64,000 nucleotides of DNA from Eledone cirrhosa. Lineage: Eukaryota. The position numbers were made by a program, and so were the translations under genes. This document shows, piece after piece, positions 1 through 13,910 of this stretch. The stretch is from contig OZ024755.1 in assembly GCA_964016885.1 (NCBI GenBank), positions 13,082,001 through 13,146,000 of the forward strand. The letters are read 5' to 3'. A model generated the notes under the pieces. It did not search any database, was not told the origin of the DNA, and saw only the letters and a program-made list of their open reading frames with translations. The number at the start of each line of letters is the position of its first letter. Within the stretch, counting starts at the first letter, position 1.

Positions 1-2198
1 TGAAGAACATATTAAATCTAATTTCTCAACAAGTTTGTTTCCTGTTGTATATTTTATCCTCACAAGCTGAGTGTAATCCTTAGCCATATCTTTCTTTATC
101 TTTACTTTCCACACTCATTTCATTTCTCTTCCCAACATTCATTAGCTCTATTCTTCTCTCCCAGTCATTTTCATCCTTCCTTAACATATGAACTAAAGTA
201 TATATAAATACACTAACCCTGGGTTAGTGTATTTATAAAAAAAAAAATCCAGTTTATGCAGTACAAGCAAACATCACAATTAACAAGGATACCCTGAGCA
301 TGGATTATGAAATGAAAACAATCTACTCCTGTAGTTTGAAGAAAAGGTTTGTATAAAAATTCTGAGAACTTTACCAAATGGCAACTGAAGAGGCCAGAGG
401 ACACAATGGTTAAAACATTACGACAATAACTATCAAGGTGAGGACACTAGTCTGAATAATTCAGTTTATTATAATAATGACACATCTCAGAAATTCTACC
501 AAAATTTATGAAATTTCATTTCAAGCCTTGGGTGGTAAATGTGGATGGTAAACTTAACCTTGATTGGGAGATTGAATCTTGGGTGGTAGACATAATTGGT
601 TATCTGATTTAACATTACCACCTCACACTTTAGGGACCTTTGGCAGAAACCATTATGTTGCATTTAAACCGGCCATATCCACTCACCTCTATCTGTTCAA
701 ACCGGCCGCTCATGCAAACTAGGTATTGATCTCAAAATAAAAAAAATATAAAAATCTTGTAGATTCAATATTATGTGAGGTAAAGCCTTAACTACGAAAA
801 TACAATAGTAAATATAGAGTAATGTAAATGCTAAATGGTTAAGGATATCTTCCTTCTTTCATCCCACCAATCTTTGAGGTACCTCCCTAAGCAGTAAAAT
901 AAAAACCAACATATTTTTAACTATTCATGAATACAAACCTTTGTATAAGTATTCATTTATTACTTTTTTCATTGTGTTTAATTGTAATAAATTGTAGAAT
1001 GATAATTAAATATTATAGATTAATGAGTTAAGTTTATTGTGTATTTTCATTTTGTTTCATTTTATTTCAATCTGTTGCTTCCAATAATAATTGAGAGGTC
1101 ATTATGTATCCATTAATTAATATGGACGAAGAGAAAAATGTTGAACATACAAAAATATACCCACATTAACATATATTATTTTATATATATATATCATCAG
1201 TGTCGTCATTTATATGTCCATTTTTCCATGCTTATATATATATATATATCTTTACATAACAGGCTGAATGAGTTGGTGTATATAACTCAACGAAACTTAA
1301 GTACCTGTACATCTCACAGTTGTAATTAATTATATATATATATAAATATACATAGTCATATACAAACATACAAATACATACATGTTGAACATCTATTGGC
1401 TACAACAATGAGTGCTTCAATTGGAAAAAGAATGGGACAGCTTGCACCTGAAATTAATAATTAAGTGGCTGAGCATTCTACAGACCTGTATGTAGTTCTC
1501 AGGGAGATTCAGCATGACATAATGTGACAAATCTGGCACAACTATCTCTTCCGGCTGAGTGGACTGAAGCAACATGAAATATGTCTTGGTCAAAGATACA
1601 ACTTTGTGCCGAGAATTGAACACTCACAGTCATGAGCCAAACACTAACCATTAAGCTTTCACAACACACACAGATTAGCACTGGTTTCACACACACAAAC
1701 ATATATATATACACACACAAAAACATATATAAGTACATAGATTGGCATTGGTTTCGACAATGAGTATTTGGGTGTTTAATTTAAGACCTACTCAATGACT
1801 GAGCATGTACGTGGCTGATTATAACACAGACAGGCTCGGCATGACACAGTATGTGACAAGACTGAGTTCCCATCTACCTTGGTGAAAAACTTGCCCAAGA
1901 TGCCATGCAGTGGGTTTGAACTCAGGATCTTGAGATTGTGAAGCAGACCTCTTAACCATTCAGTAAACATGCATATATACATTATATATACTACAGTACG
2001 AACATACATATAAAAATTAAAATAGACATACAAAAATACACACAAACACACATAATGAAGACACATATATAAAAATCAAGATAGGGGCATATTTGTATGT
2101 CTCCATCTGACTAGACATTTCATTGTTTGCTAATCCAGAGTTGACATACACATACAGAATAACAGTATTCTCTGTTCAATAACAACTTATAAAATAGG

Positions 2199-2312
2199 TC
2201 AATGTTTCAACTTCTCAATGAAGTTTTCAATTAAGTCATCAGGCTGTAATCCAATAAAACCATCAACTTTCTTCCCCTTACGGACACCAATAACAGTTGG
2301 TACTGATGTGAC
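2199..2312 (-). CDS. TXN2: Mitochondrial thioredoxin, last coding exon
   Basis: cag acceptor, then VTSVPTVIGVRKGKKVDGFIGLQPDDLIENFIEKLKH* (TGA 2199-2201). Spliced CDS is 504 nt, 167 aa. Confidence 0.93.
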   Translation of the reverse strand, partial: VTSVPTVIGVRKGKKVDGFIGLQPDDLIENFIEKLKH

Positions 2313-3991
2313 CTGGAAGTAGAAATGACAGGAAATAAGTCAACAAAGTTAAAACAATGGAAAAGGTCATCAGTTGAGATCCAAATTACTGTTTTTCAAT
2401 CATTGTTCTTTCTCGTCCCTTGAACTTACAAAACAAGCAAAATAACTATACACACACTTATATATAATAATATATAAGTATAGCTTAGTGGTGAAAGCCT
2501 GTTTGTATATGTGTGTGTATATATATAATTAGTTACAACAGTGACATATGCAGGTACTTAAGTTTTGTTGAGTTATACACACTAATGCTGAGGTTGAGTT
2601 TGATTTTCAGACCGGGCTTTGCATTGTGTTCTTGAGCAAAACACTTTATTTCAAACTGCTCCAGAAATGAGTTTACCCAGCTATGGGTTAAATAGCCTCA
2701 TCAACCCATAGTTGTCCAAGTGTAGTGTGCATGGCTACACCACTGACATGACCAAAACAGAAAACAGTAGACGTCAATCAAGGAGGGGTTCCTCCAATAG
2801 GAGTGAAAAGGCTCTGGATTGAATTGAATATATACTGTATATTCTAGAGGCAACAGGTTTCAGATAATCTTGTGCACGATATAATATATAATTGAATATG
2901 TATATAGTATATTTCCCCATTTTACCACTACCATTTACACAGACCACATGAAAGACCTTTGTTATATATTATAACAAGTCTTTCTCATGATGCCAGAGGT
3001 TATTCTGCAGTGGGAGGGTGGGGTGTTATGTGATGTTAAACAACTGAGAGTTCAAAGATAAATGCTCCAGTTATCCAATCACCAGAACAGCCCGTTCATG
3101 AAATTAACATACAAATTGGTGAAGTATTCCACAGACATGTGTACCCATAACGCAATTCTCAGGGAGATTCAGCATTACATAACGTTTGATAAAGCCAGCC
3201 CTTTGAGTTACAAGTACAGTCCATCTGATGGGCTTCTAAATAGTTTCTGTCTACCCAGTTTCACTCCAAAGACAAGGGTCAACCTGAGGCTACAGGAAAT
3301 GACACTTGCCAAAGATGCCATATAGAAGGATTGAACCTGGGACTTAATGATTGCCATGCAGTATCTATGGCAATAGTACAGAACAGAGTTGTTATCAGCA
3401 AGGTCAAGACATTGCTTTGTATATCTTCCTTGTTGCTGTTGTATTGCGTCCATGGTAACAGCATAGAACACATCTGTTATCAGCAAGGTCAATCGCCAGC
3501 TTGAAGTACTTAAAGCTTTCTACAGATCGAAATAAGTAATAGACTACTGACCTGTTTGAGAGCAGAGATAAAACGTTATATATATTACAGTAAACAATGA
3601 CACTCTCTGGTTAAAAAAATATATATATATAAGAGAGAGAGAGACTCTATGTTGCTGAGATCAGGGAGACCATTAATCATGGGAGTATTCAATGCATGGG
3701 GAGATGCTGAATGGGTATAGAGATATATAAAATCCTGACTATCACACACAAGACGAAACCACTTGGCGCCACAGTCAGGATTTTATCTCTCTCTCTCTCT
3801 CTCTAGCTGTCAAAACGGCCGGAGCTCAGCCATCGGGGTCCTGACTCTTTTCCTATATATATATATAGTATAAGTAATTCAGTGGATTACTGGTGGTGGT
3901 ACCAATATGAGCACTCAATGCACAAGTAGAGTGTATATAATAAGAAAAAACAATGATGTTTTGTTTACATGCTTTTATGATTTTATTGATT

Positions 3992-4083
3992 ATCAACGTT
4001 ACACATGTTTCACAGATTGGTTCAAGGTCACCTACAGGAGCTATGGACGTCACCCCAGCATCGATCTGCTTGTCAGACTTGAT
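3992..4083 (-). ncRNA. Degenerate type I hammerhead motif inside a TXN2 intron
   Basis: atcaagt-CUGACAA (core G>A change)-gcagat...atctgt-GAAAC-AUGU-GUA-acgttgat. Palindromic stem III; tail ends at (TA)n near 3867. Confidence 0.5.
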
Positions 4084-4623
4084 GTTTCAACAAATATATA
4101 TATATATCATCATAATTTAACTTCAGTTTTCCCTAATAAGTGTTGGACAGGTTGTCCCAGAACAAGTCAGTACTCAAGCGAAGCTACTGACTTCTTTAAT
4201 GGGCTGGGGGCTCACATTTTGCTTACAAATATCTCCTACTACACAGTAGATACAACACACCTAACACACAGCAAATATCTCTCACTACACACCACATAAC
4301 TAAACCTGTTCAAACCATCACTGGTCAACTAATTCTAGTGACTAGACATACTGTACATATTTGAAAATAAGCCAAGGAATATATGACCCCAAAAAATATA
4401 TTGTAAAATGGAAATAGAGGTAGGGTCAACTTATATACATCATCTAAACAATGTATTGATTAGCTGCCTCAGCTTATAAATGGATGGAGTATTGATTTTT
4501 GCCCATTCTTCGGGCAATAAAAGGTGGAGGAGCCCCCAGCTTATATTCAAGTATATACAGTATATAAAGCTAACAGTGTGATGTGTTTTGTAGGATACAA
4601 AGAAATAGTCATGAAATAATTAC

Positions 4624-4747
4624 CTTATATTTCATTGCAAGCTCTGTGTTTTCATCAATATCAACTTTAGCTAAAATAATGTCATCTTTATGTTCATCAC
4701 AGATTTTTTCCAATCGTGGAGCGAGTAGTTTGCATGGACCACACCAA
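4624..4747 (-). CDS. TXN2: Mitochondrial thioredoxin, coding exon 2 (WCGPC active site)
   Basis: tttttag acceptor; AC+T completes Thr, then WCGPCKLLAPRLEK...LAKVDIDENTELAMKYK; donor gtaatt. Confidence 0.96.
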
Positions 4748-4829
4748 CTAAAAATAAAAACAGTCTTATATAAAGAATAATAAACAATTATTTCAATTAA
4801 GGGTTTAATTATCTTCATTATCACAATGT

Positions 4830-5220
4830 GACATCGATATAACCACTTTACATTGTGGACTGGGTACTTTTTGTTGTGGCACCTACATGACCACTTTACA
4901 GTGTGGACTGGGTTCTTTTTATTGTGGCACCTACACGACCACTTTACAGTGTGGACTGGGTACTTTTTGTTGTGGCACCTACACAACCACTTTACAGTGT
5001 GGACTGGGTTCTTTTTATTGTGACACCTACATGACCACTTTACAGTGTGGACTGGGTTCTTTTTATTGTGGCACCTACACGACCACTTTACAGTATGGAG
5101 ACTGTGTACTTTTTGTTGTGGCACCTACACAACCACTTTACAGTGTGGACTGGGTACCTTTTGTCATGACACCTATACGACCATATTACAGTGTTGTGGC
5201 ACCAAAAATGACCACTTTAA
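4830..5220. repeat. 42-bp minisatellite, about 9 units, in a TXN2 intron
   Basis: Unit accactttacagtgtggactgggt(a/t)ctttttNttgtggcacctacacN. Confidence 0.9.
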
Positions 5221-5874
5221 ATTTAGATAATGTAATAAAATATTGCTAGCTAAACTATCAACATCATTATCGTTTTTATATTGATGTTTCCATGCTGGCA
5301 TGGGTTAGATGGGACTTTTTGGGGCAATGTTTTACAGCCAGCCACCCTTCTTGACATCAATTCATTCAGTCACTTCTTACAGTGTACCTATTCTAAACTG
5401 GATCAATTTGAGGAAAATACAAAAATATATGCAATATATCTTTACTGTTTAGTCAAGGAATGGAGTAGAGCACATATGATTGCTTGTTTATTTATCCTTT
5501 CATTGTCTCTAAGACTGGTGAAAGGAAGGGAGGAAGTTATCCTTGAACCAGAGACTTGGCTTAAATAATTCCAACAGAGGCAATTCTACTGAAGATAAAG
5601 GACAATAACTGAATCAGGCCATAACAAACCTATCCATCCCATGCTGGCAGGAAAAGCAAATGGATGATGTTTATGATGCTGATGAGTGAAATGATGTTGA
5701 TGATAGTTGTGGTGATGCTGATGATGGCAGTGGTAGTAATGTTGACAATGATGATGGTAGTAGTGGTGATGAGACTGATATGCCAAATTATAAACCAATT
5801 TATAACAAAGAATGGAAATTTAAAGTAAAAAAAAAAAAAATATGAAACAAACAAAAAACACGAAAATAACTTAC

Positions 5875-6140
5875 GTAGCATGGAAATCAACAATGACAGG
5901 TTTGGAACTATCTAGAACTCGCTTCTCAAAATCAGTTTCATCTTGGATATTGATACATTCCAAAGCAGCAGTTGAAGAATACAATTTTCTCTGTTTATTT
6001 GATGTAATTAGAAGCAATTGAGACTTCTCCCCATTTAACATAGATCTTTGGTGAAAACATCTGCTGGCAAGGAATGAAATCCTATGTCTTGCAATATTTG
6101 TACATAAAGGAAGCAGCCTTGAGAATTGTCTGGCAGCCAT
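5875..6140 (-). CDS. TXN2: Mitochondrial thioredoxin, coding exon 1 (transit peptide plus start of the Trx fold)
   Basis: ATG at 6140. Arg/Ser/Leu-rich N-terminus MAARQFSRLL..., then NIQDETDFEKRVLDSSKPVIVDFHAT. Donor gtaagt after 5875; acceptor cag just above 6150. Confidence 0.95.
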
Positions 6141-6896
6141 TTCAACAGATCTGGAGAATTAAGAATAAAATTAACAAGCGAAAGTTTCATCATACTGAAG
6201 TTCTGAAATTTAATATAGTATAGTTTTAGTTAAGTTATATGCAAAATAACAACAAATGGTGATTTGTTGAACTGTTGTTATTTTCATGACAAACATTTAC
6301 AATTATAAGAAGGAGCGATCCACCCTTAAAGTCCAAATCTTGTTACCTGCTTTGCTGGAATCGAAAGGTTGTGAGTTCAATTCTCAGACCGGGTGATGTG
6401 TTGTTTCCTTGAGCAAGACACTTTATTTCACATTGCTCCAGTTTACTCAGCTGTAGAAATGAGATGATAGGGACTGGCTCCCTATCATTCCACTGCAAAG
6501 TGGTCGTGGAGGTGCCACGGCAAAAAAGCACCCAGCACTCACTGTAAATGAGGTTGGTGTTAGGAAGGGCATCCAGCTGTAGAAATCAAGCCAGAATCAG
6601 TTCCCGTCCCACCCTTGCAAGCAGGGAAAAGTGGACGTAAAATGAAATGAAATGAATGAAATGATAGGCAATTTTTTCCAAGCAGTGGGCCGCATAGGAT
6701 GTGGTTCATCACTACTAAAAATTCAAAAACAATTTTGAAATTAGGTGTGCCATTCAAAAAGCTATACTGGTTGCATGCAGCTCGTGGGCCACAGTTTTCC
6801 CATGACAGAACTAAGGCATATCCACATTTACACCCATATTACATAGATCTCCTTGGAAGAAAATGAAAATATTTCGCCTGAATTACCAGACTCATA

Positions 6897-7266
6897 TACA
6901 CTCAGGTCTCGAATAATCGCCCCCCCCCCCCCCCCCGCTTAATTTTTCAGATTTTTTCCACCCCTGCTTATTAAATTTTGCTAATCTATCTCCGGCGAAA
7001 TTTTATTTTAAGTGGTAGCATTCCTGCGACAATTAATTCATACATTTTCTTTATACATTAATAAACATTATACATGACGAAAAAAAAGTGCATAACTAGA
7101 AATCGCATACATTATAAAATAAATAGGATGGGTTGGAGTCTCGATATGTAAACTAAACGACTAATTCTGGTTTTGTTTTTTTTTTAATCAACGGAGACAA
7201 CTTAGAAAAATTACCGATTTTCCAGCACCCCACCACGACCACCCTATTATTTGTGGCCCGAGAGTA
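6897..7266. mobile_element. Probable MITE in the TXN2 first intron
   Basis: Imperfect TIRs tacactcaggtctcgaataat / attatttgtggcccgagagta. Confidence 0.45.
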
Positions 7267-7748
7267 CACATTATGATTAGGGTAAAGTTAGGATTGGAAT
7301 TAGAACCCGGTGAATTGGACGAGATATTTTTATTTTCTTCAAACGATGTCTATTATCAATGAAACCCGACTTTGGCCAAACTTGTTATCGGTCTAGTTCC
7401 AAAGATTTAAAACTAAAAAGAAAGCATACACATACACAAAACAGAATAAAGAAATATTACAAAAACGTAGGGGCAGTAAGCAATTAATAGCTATAAACAG
7501 AATTACCCTTGATGATAAACCCGTAAAACTTATATAACATGTGTTACTTATACATAAAAAAATACGTAGTGATTAACAAGGTCATATAAATATAAAATAA
7601 CAGAGCAGTAAAAAAACAATAATAGTTCATAGAATATAATATTAAAAAAGCCATATACACATGAATATATTATATATATGTGTGTGATGGTAAGACGATG
7701 TAAATTTATATTGTAACGACATCAAAGAAACAGAGGATTTCAACTTAC

Positions 7749-7990
7749 AAATCAAATTTCTGCAGAACAAATGTTAAGACGAAAACACGATCGGAAGACA
7801 AAGTGTGTAACACGTCATGAAGTTATGAGTACAATAAGAAAGATGTGATCTACGTAGCAAGTACTTGTTTCTATTACTTAGTTACGAAGTGACGCCAAAA
7901 CAACATGGAATGTGAATGTCGATTTCTTGTAGTGGAATAGCTGAAGACAACATGTAATGATAGAAATTGTATTTTCACTCTCATTCGAAT
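7749..7990. promoter_or_regulatory. Putative bidirectional promoter and TXN2 5'-UTR exon
   Basis: Minus-strand donor gtaagt at 7743-7748. The TXN2 ATG exon has an acceptor, so an upstream exon is required. Locally CpG-richer, with CRE-like ACGTCA/TGACG and YY1-like AACATGG, between two divergent genes. Confidence 0.45.
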
Positions 7991-8702
7991 ATATATACAT
8001 GTTCATGATTGCGTGGGGACCTGTGTGTTTGTGTACTTGTGTATACGTTTGTGTGTGTGCATGTGAGCGTATGTGTGTGCGTGATTGTGTGTGTGTTTAA
8101 GTAATCTTGCCGATTACGTACGTAGTTAAAAATGAAACTAAAGATAATGGAAAATAATAACTCGGTCATCTTTTTCGTTGTAGCATGAATATTTCTTTGA
8201 ACAGAAAGAGGTGAGAGAATTCTGTCCGGCTTAAATGTTAAAGGGATAATCTATCTGTTGGGCTTCCACACAGTTTCTGTCTACTCAGTTTGACTTACAA
8301 GACTTAGGCTGTAGTAAAAACACTTGCCATGGAAAGGGTCATAACCACTACTACTTGATTAAACCCCAACAAAATCTTATTTTACACAGTTTATTAAAAG
8401 GTCCAAAGAAGGCTATGGACATTTTCTTTACCTTTCAAATACAAAATAACAAAACTTGTTTTACAGAAGTTTAATTCATAAATGTGTTGTTGTTGTTGTT
8501 GTCGTCGTTGTTGTTGCTGCTGCTGCTGCTGTTATTGTGTTATTAATCATTTTCAGCCAGTCAAAAATATCTCAATGATATCTTTTCAGGAATATCCCAT
8601 ATTGATATCTACACAGTGTATCTGATATTGCATGGAGTAATTTCAAACTACACTTGATGTGTTGTATATCACCTGTGATAAATTAACACCTGAACTAATA
8701 AT

Positions 8703-8730
8703 ATGGATAAAAACAGACAACATTATTCAG
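8703..8730 (+). CDS. TEX33: TEX33/CIMIP4-like protein, coding exon 1 (MDKNRQHYS)
   Basis: Acceptor ttttcag at 8589, ATG at 8703, donor CAG|gtaatt at 8731. The phase-1 join opens the frame of the next exon. Confidence 0.65.
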
Positions 8731-8796
8731 GTAATTATCTCAGCTCATTAGCCAGACCAGTAAATAGGGCTGTATATATATTTATATATATATATA

Positions 8797-8879
<83 letters not shown>

Positions 8880-9489
8880 TAGCGTGGAAGAATGGGCGTA
8901 AAACGGTGATGATGATATATGTATATATATTTACATATATATATATGATGACTGCAACTCGATTTTGAGTAATGTTATTGCTTGATACTTAAGCATGAGC
9001 ACCACGGACGTGGCTTTGTAGTCCTGCTAGGGACTTCCCTATGGCCAGCAATACAATGCATCGCATAAAATGTCACATATCACATATCAAGCAATGCCTG
9101 TGCTTGAAGCCTTTTTAAGGGAGGAAAGGCTTTGCACGGGACCAATCCCACTCTCTGAACATCAAATGTATTTGCCCAAAAAGAAGAACTGGTCTACATC
9201 ATTGGATAATAATAACTCTGGCTTTATTATATAGAAACTACATGGGTGTGTAAACTGAGCTTGGGAGGATCGGTGGTCCACACATTTGATTTGCCGAATT
9301 TGGAGGATGAGTATGGTTGCTCTGGCAGGGTTCTTTGTGCATAGTTTTCAACTACTAAATTTCACCTACAAAACTTTCATTGATCTGAAGCCTATTCATG
9401 TAGTTGTAAAAGGAATTTCCTAACCCTACAGCCATGCTGCTACCACTATGCTATATGTTTTACATTATATTTATATATTCTTTCTATAG

Positions 9490-10026
9490 ATTATTGCTCT
9501 CTCTGGGACGCTGAAGATAAATATAAAAGACAAAAGAAGAAATTAACAACATTTATGAAAGACTGGCAAAGATCCACTGAAGCTTATTTAACATTTAATG
9601 CTAAAGAACGGACCCCAAGTCGCCTGTCTTCTTCCTCTTCTACCTGTATTTTTTCTGACAGAAGAAGCAATCAGCAGGTGAAAGCAATCAACAGGTACAA
9701 ATATTTTGGTAATGGTGAAACTGAAAATGGCCATAATTCAAAATTGAATGGATTTTTAAATAGTGACAGAATTCTTAGAAGCACTTCCAGCTATTCTTAC
9801 CATGTGCCACGGCATATTTCAAGTGTTCGGAAAAGGGTTGCAACATCACACATATCTCAAACACCAACAGAAAGACACTTTCCTACTAATGAAAGTAACT
9901 TTGATGCTGATGCTGCTGAAAGAGAACTTCTCCAAAGAATCTCTTCGAAAAGAAGACAGATGATCCCACAAATAACATCACCTATTGATCCGCCAACGTT
10001 ACCCAGAAATATTAAACATAAATATG
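9490..10026 (+). CDS. TEX33: TEX33/CIMIP4-like protein, coding exon 2
   Basis: tttctatag acceptor; open frame DYCSLWDAEDK...MKDWQ...PTLPRNIKHKYG; donor G|gtaaat at 10027. LPRNIKHKYG resembles TEX33 IPENIRHKFG (recalled). Confidence 0.75.
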
Positions 10027-11000
10027 GTAAATCTTTCTGAAATGATATCCTTATCATCATCATCATCATCAACATCATACGTACATATACATCATAAATA
10101 CACTTACACACATATTTACATCATACACGCACACAGACATACACATAAATACATTCACACACACATATATACATCATAAATATACTCATACACATACATC
10201 ATAAATACACTGACAGACATACATATATATCATAAATGCATTCACATACATATATATCATAAATGCATTCACACACATATTTAAATCCTTAATACAGACA
10301 CACGCATGGGAGCATGTGTGTGAGGGGCTTCAACGAAGTTTCCATCTATAAATACCTTCCAAGGCATTGGAATGGGATTGTCGTTCAGTTACAAAGATGA
10401 AAGAGGAAAAGAAAGGGTCGATAGTGTAAAATTACACACACATGTACACCAGGTCCAAACACAGAGTAACCAAACTTCCACTGTCATTGCCTCACTCTCT
10501 TTCGGCCTCCCCATTTTTCACTATTATGAGCAAATGTGGTCCCACATGCTGGCCACCCCACAGCCCAGGCGGACAGAATAGAGGTGTTTCCCCGGAGGAT
10601 GGTGAAGGAGATGCGCTGGAAGAGCCATTCCAGCTTGTGAGGTTCACACCTGTGGCCATCCAGCTCAGTGCAATTGGTCGACCTGAAGCTATAGTAGAAG
10701 ACATTTTTTGCCCAAGGCACTAAACAGTGTGATCAAACCTGAAACCATGTACAAAGCAAACTCCTTTAATTACACAACAACCATTGTATCTTCAGTTAAT
10801 ATATATATGATCATTATTTCCTTTAAAATTCCCGCCGAGGTTAACTTTGCCTTTCATCCTTACGGGGTCGATAAAATAATAACCAGTAATGTACTGAGTA
10901 TTTGCTGGCCTTGTGCCTAAAGTAGAAACAATTATTTCCTTTAAAATTGTTGTTTGGCTGTTTTAATACTTCCTACAAATTGTATTCTTTTTGACAACAG

Positions 11001-11310
11001 GTAGCGCCATCTGTGATGAATTATTGAACAATGAAATGTTGACCAATGAAGCAATTTCAAAGATTGAAAGAAAAGATTACCGTGAGAAGAAGGGGGGTAA
11101 TTTAGTTATTCAATGTCATATGAATCATTTTGCTCCATCAGCTATACAAACACAACTTCCATATAGAGATTTGTCCAACTGTCTTCGGAGGAAGATCTTC
11201 GCTGGAGATGCTACTGTTTATACCCGTAGTACAACTCAGTCAGATTACTGTGAAGATGTCTATAATGTTCAGTTTGCTCCTTCTAAATATCGACGTAAGA
11301 AATACGATCA
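11001..11310 (+). CDS. TEX33: TEX33/CIMIP4-like protein, coding exon 3
   Basis: Acceptor caacag at 11000, in phase. SAICDELLNNE...YRDLSNCLRRKIFAGDATVYTRSTTQSDYCEDV aligns by eye to TEX33 SNVVDQLVSEE...[32 protein letters not shown]. Donor CA|gtaact at 11311; an unspliced read stops at 11314. Confidence 0.78.
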
Positions 11311-12930
11311 GTAACTATTGTTAGAGATTCACAACTACATTTATTATCACCAAAAAATATCATGGTGGATTGCCAGTATCAGTCGAGCATCGGACACCAT
11401 GCTTTATGACAAGGGGTTACGAATTTTTACGATCTGAGTTCAAATCCCGCAGGGGTTAGCTTTGCCTTTCATTCTTACGGGGTCAATAAAATAAAGCACC
11501 AGTAAGTACTGGGGTCAATTTAATCGACTTTTCCCTCCCCTTCAAATCGCTGGCCTTGTGCTTAAAATAGAAACAATTATTACTTTTCTATGAATATAAT
11601 AATATAATGCTTACATCTATATTACAAAAATATGGACACAAATAATATACACAATACTTAATGAATACTTACAGAATAAAAATGTAAACCCATATAATAA
11701 ATACAAAGAATTATTGCTAGGAATCTTATAAATTATAGTGCACAAAAATATATGATCAAAGCAAGAGAAAAAAAACATACAAATAAACTATCAATTCACC
11801 AGTCAGTCTATCAATCGGTCGCACATCACAAGAGTTGCACACTGGGAGTCAACATGTAGTTATTTGACTTGCTAGAAACAACAGCCAAATCTTTAAATCA
11901 AACCCTACAATCTTAAAAGAAGACATGTTGGATAATATGGTCCTGAGTTTTCTGCATATTTATATAAAGATGGTATGGTCATGGCTGGAATATTATTTAT
12001 CATGGTTCTACTCAATTGGGGTTGACTGAAGCAAGACAACAAGAATACATACATTTCTATTTGTATAAATACTCCATATAGGGGTTTTTTTTGTATAGTT
12101 AAATGACCCATGGGGATATTATATATGAAAAGTCACTCATGCATTCTTTAAATCACCTTAATACTCATACACACACACTAAATACCATACACAAACACAC
12201 TAAACTCCACATACACACACTAAACACCATATTTTCACACACAAAACAACATACACACACACACTAAATACCATATACTCACACTAAATACCATACATTC
12301 TCACTAAATACCATACACACATATACTAAACACCATACATACTCACATATGCTAAACATCACACTCACAAGCACCAAGAATTAGACGAATTCGCACTAAA
12401 ATCTTTCCCTAACACACACACACAGATACAACCTACACCTGAGCCAAATAACAATAAAAACAGTTTCCATATTTCAATGCTCACAGTCGGAAGATTTCCA
12501 ACCAGCATAGAAATTTTCAGTCACTATAAAGAATAATATTTACAGTCACTGTGAAGAATTATAGCTTTGATTCTATCAATAAAAAAATCTATACGCGATG
12601 CATATATTGAGTTCTCTTTCTTCTGGAGGTATCCTTACCATATATCTTCAACATCATTATTGTTTTATGACTGTTTTCCATGCTGGCATGGGCAGGGACA
12701 GTGGAACTGTGGGGTCCATGGCCCTGTCCAATAAAAACCACAGACCCTCCATCTCAACTCACCTTTTGAAAAGCAGAAGAACTGCGAAACCGGTAAAGGA
12801 ACCAAATAAATATATATATTTTTTTTAAAAATAAGACTTCAGTTGCATTTTCGATTTCATCCCTTTTTCTTTATACTTCCACTCGTGTAGGACACCTCGG
12901 TTATTTTTCATTTTGTAAAAAAAACCTCAC

Positions 12931-12961
<31 letters not shown>

Positions 12962-13910
12962 GAAATTACATGAATCAAAGTTCTGTTTAAATCATTTATT
13001 TGCTTACAATTGTTTCTTCCAAACCGAGGTTTGGAGTCTTCGGAGAAATTATTCAGTGATTTTTTACATACTTGATCTTTTCAACACAAGAGACATATAG
13101 AAACATATGTATATATTGACCCACAGTGGGTTGACATCCATTATAATAATACAGCATGGCAATTTACATACAAAGATTACAGTCATATTAAAGGACAAAA
13201 TTAAAGTTAAAATTAAAATAAAACATTGGCAGTTATGAGGAAAGTTTGGAGTAGCCAGTGTATGCAACAGTCACACGTGAGGCATGCACGCGTGTCCTAT
13301 TTATACAAGATTATAGTGCGGCAGATTGTTACATGTAAAACAAGCAGTCAAAGCAAGCAATCAAGAGCATCATGGGTGCTGTACTGGTAAAGCATTTTTC
13401 ACACGCACCTGTACGATATAGAAGCCCGTGTGTAGAGAAATATCAAAAATATTACAAATGAGAAGCAAAACAGCACCACTGTCCTCGCACACACCACCAC
13501 TCTCACAATCCAGGAAACGCAATTTATAGACTACATGTAGTCTATAAATTGCGGGGTCGATAAAATAAAGTACCAGTAATACACTGGATAAAAAGTAGAA
13601 ACAATTATTTGGTCAGTAGTTCGTGTGTAAGTATATAAATATATATATATATATTATATAAATATATAGCACGTTTATTTCATATATATATATATATATA
13701 TATGGTTGTATGTCTGTGTCTATACATGTATGTTTGCATGCATGAATGAATACACTAAGCTTTAGATTTAGTAGAATGTACAACCACTGATTCCAGCTAT
13801 TTGCACTATCATATGTTTTGGTTTCTAGTAATTCCCTGGGGAATTGGTTGACCAAATGCCTTGATTAATTGTTTTATTTATTTTGTAAAAAATGTTATTC
13901 TTTCTCTTAG

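Noticed and set aside
4748-5249. Cys/His/Lys repeat ORFs apparently fused to WCGPC
   Set aside because: Intronic minisatellite read-through; the real exon starts at the 4747 acceptor.
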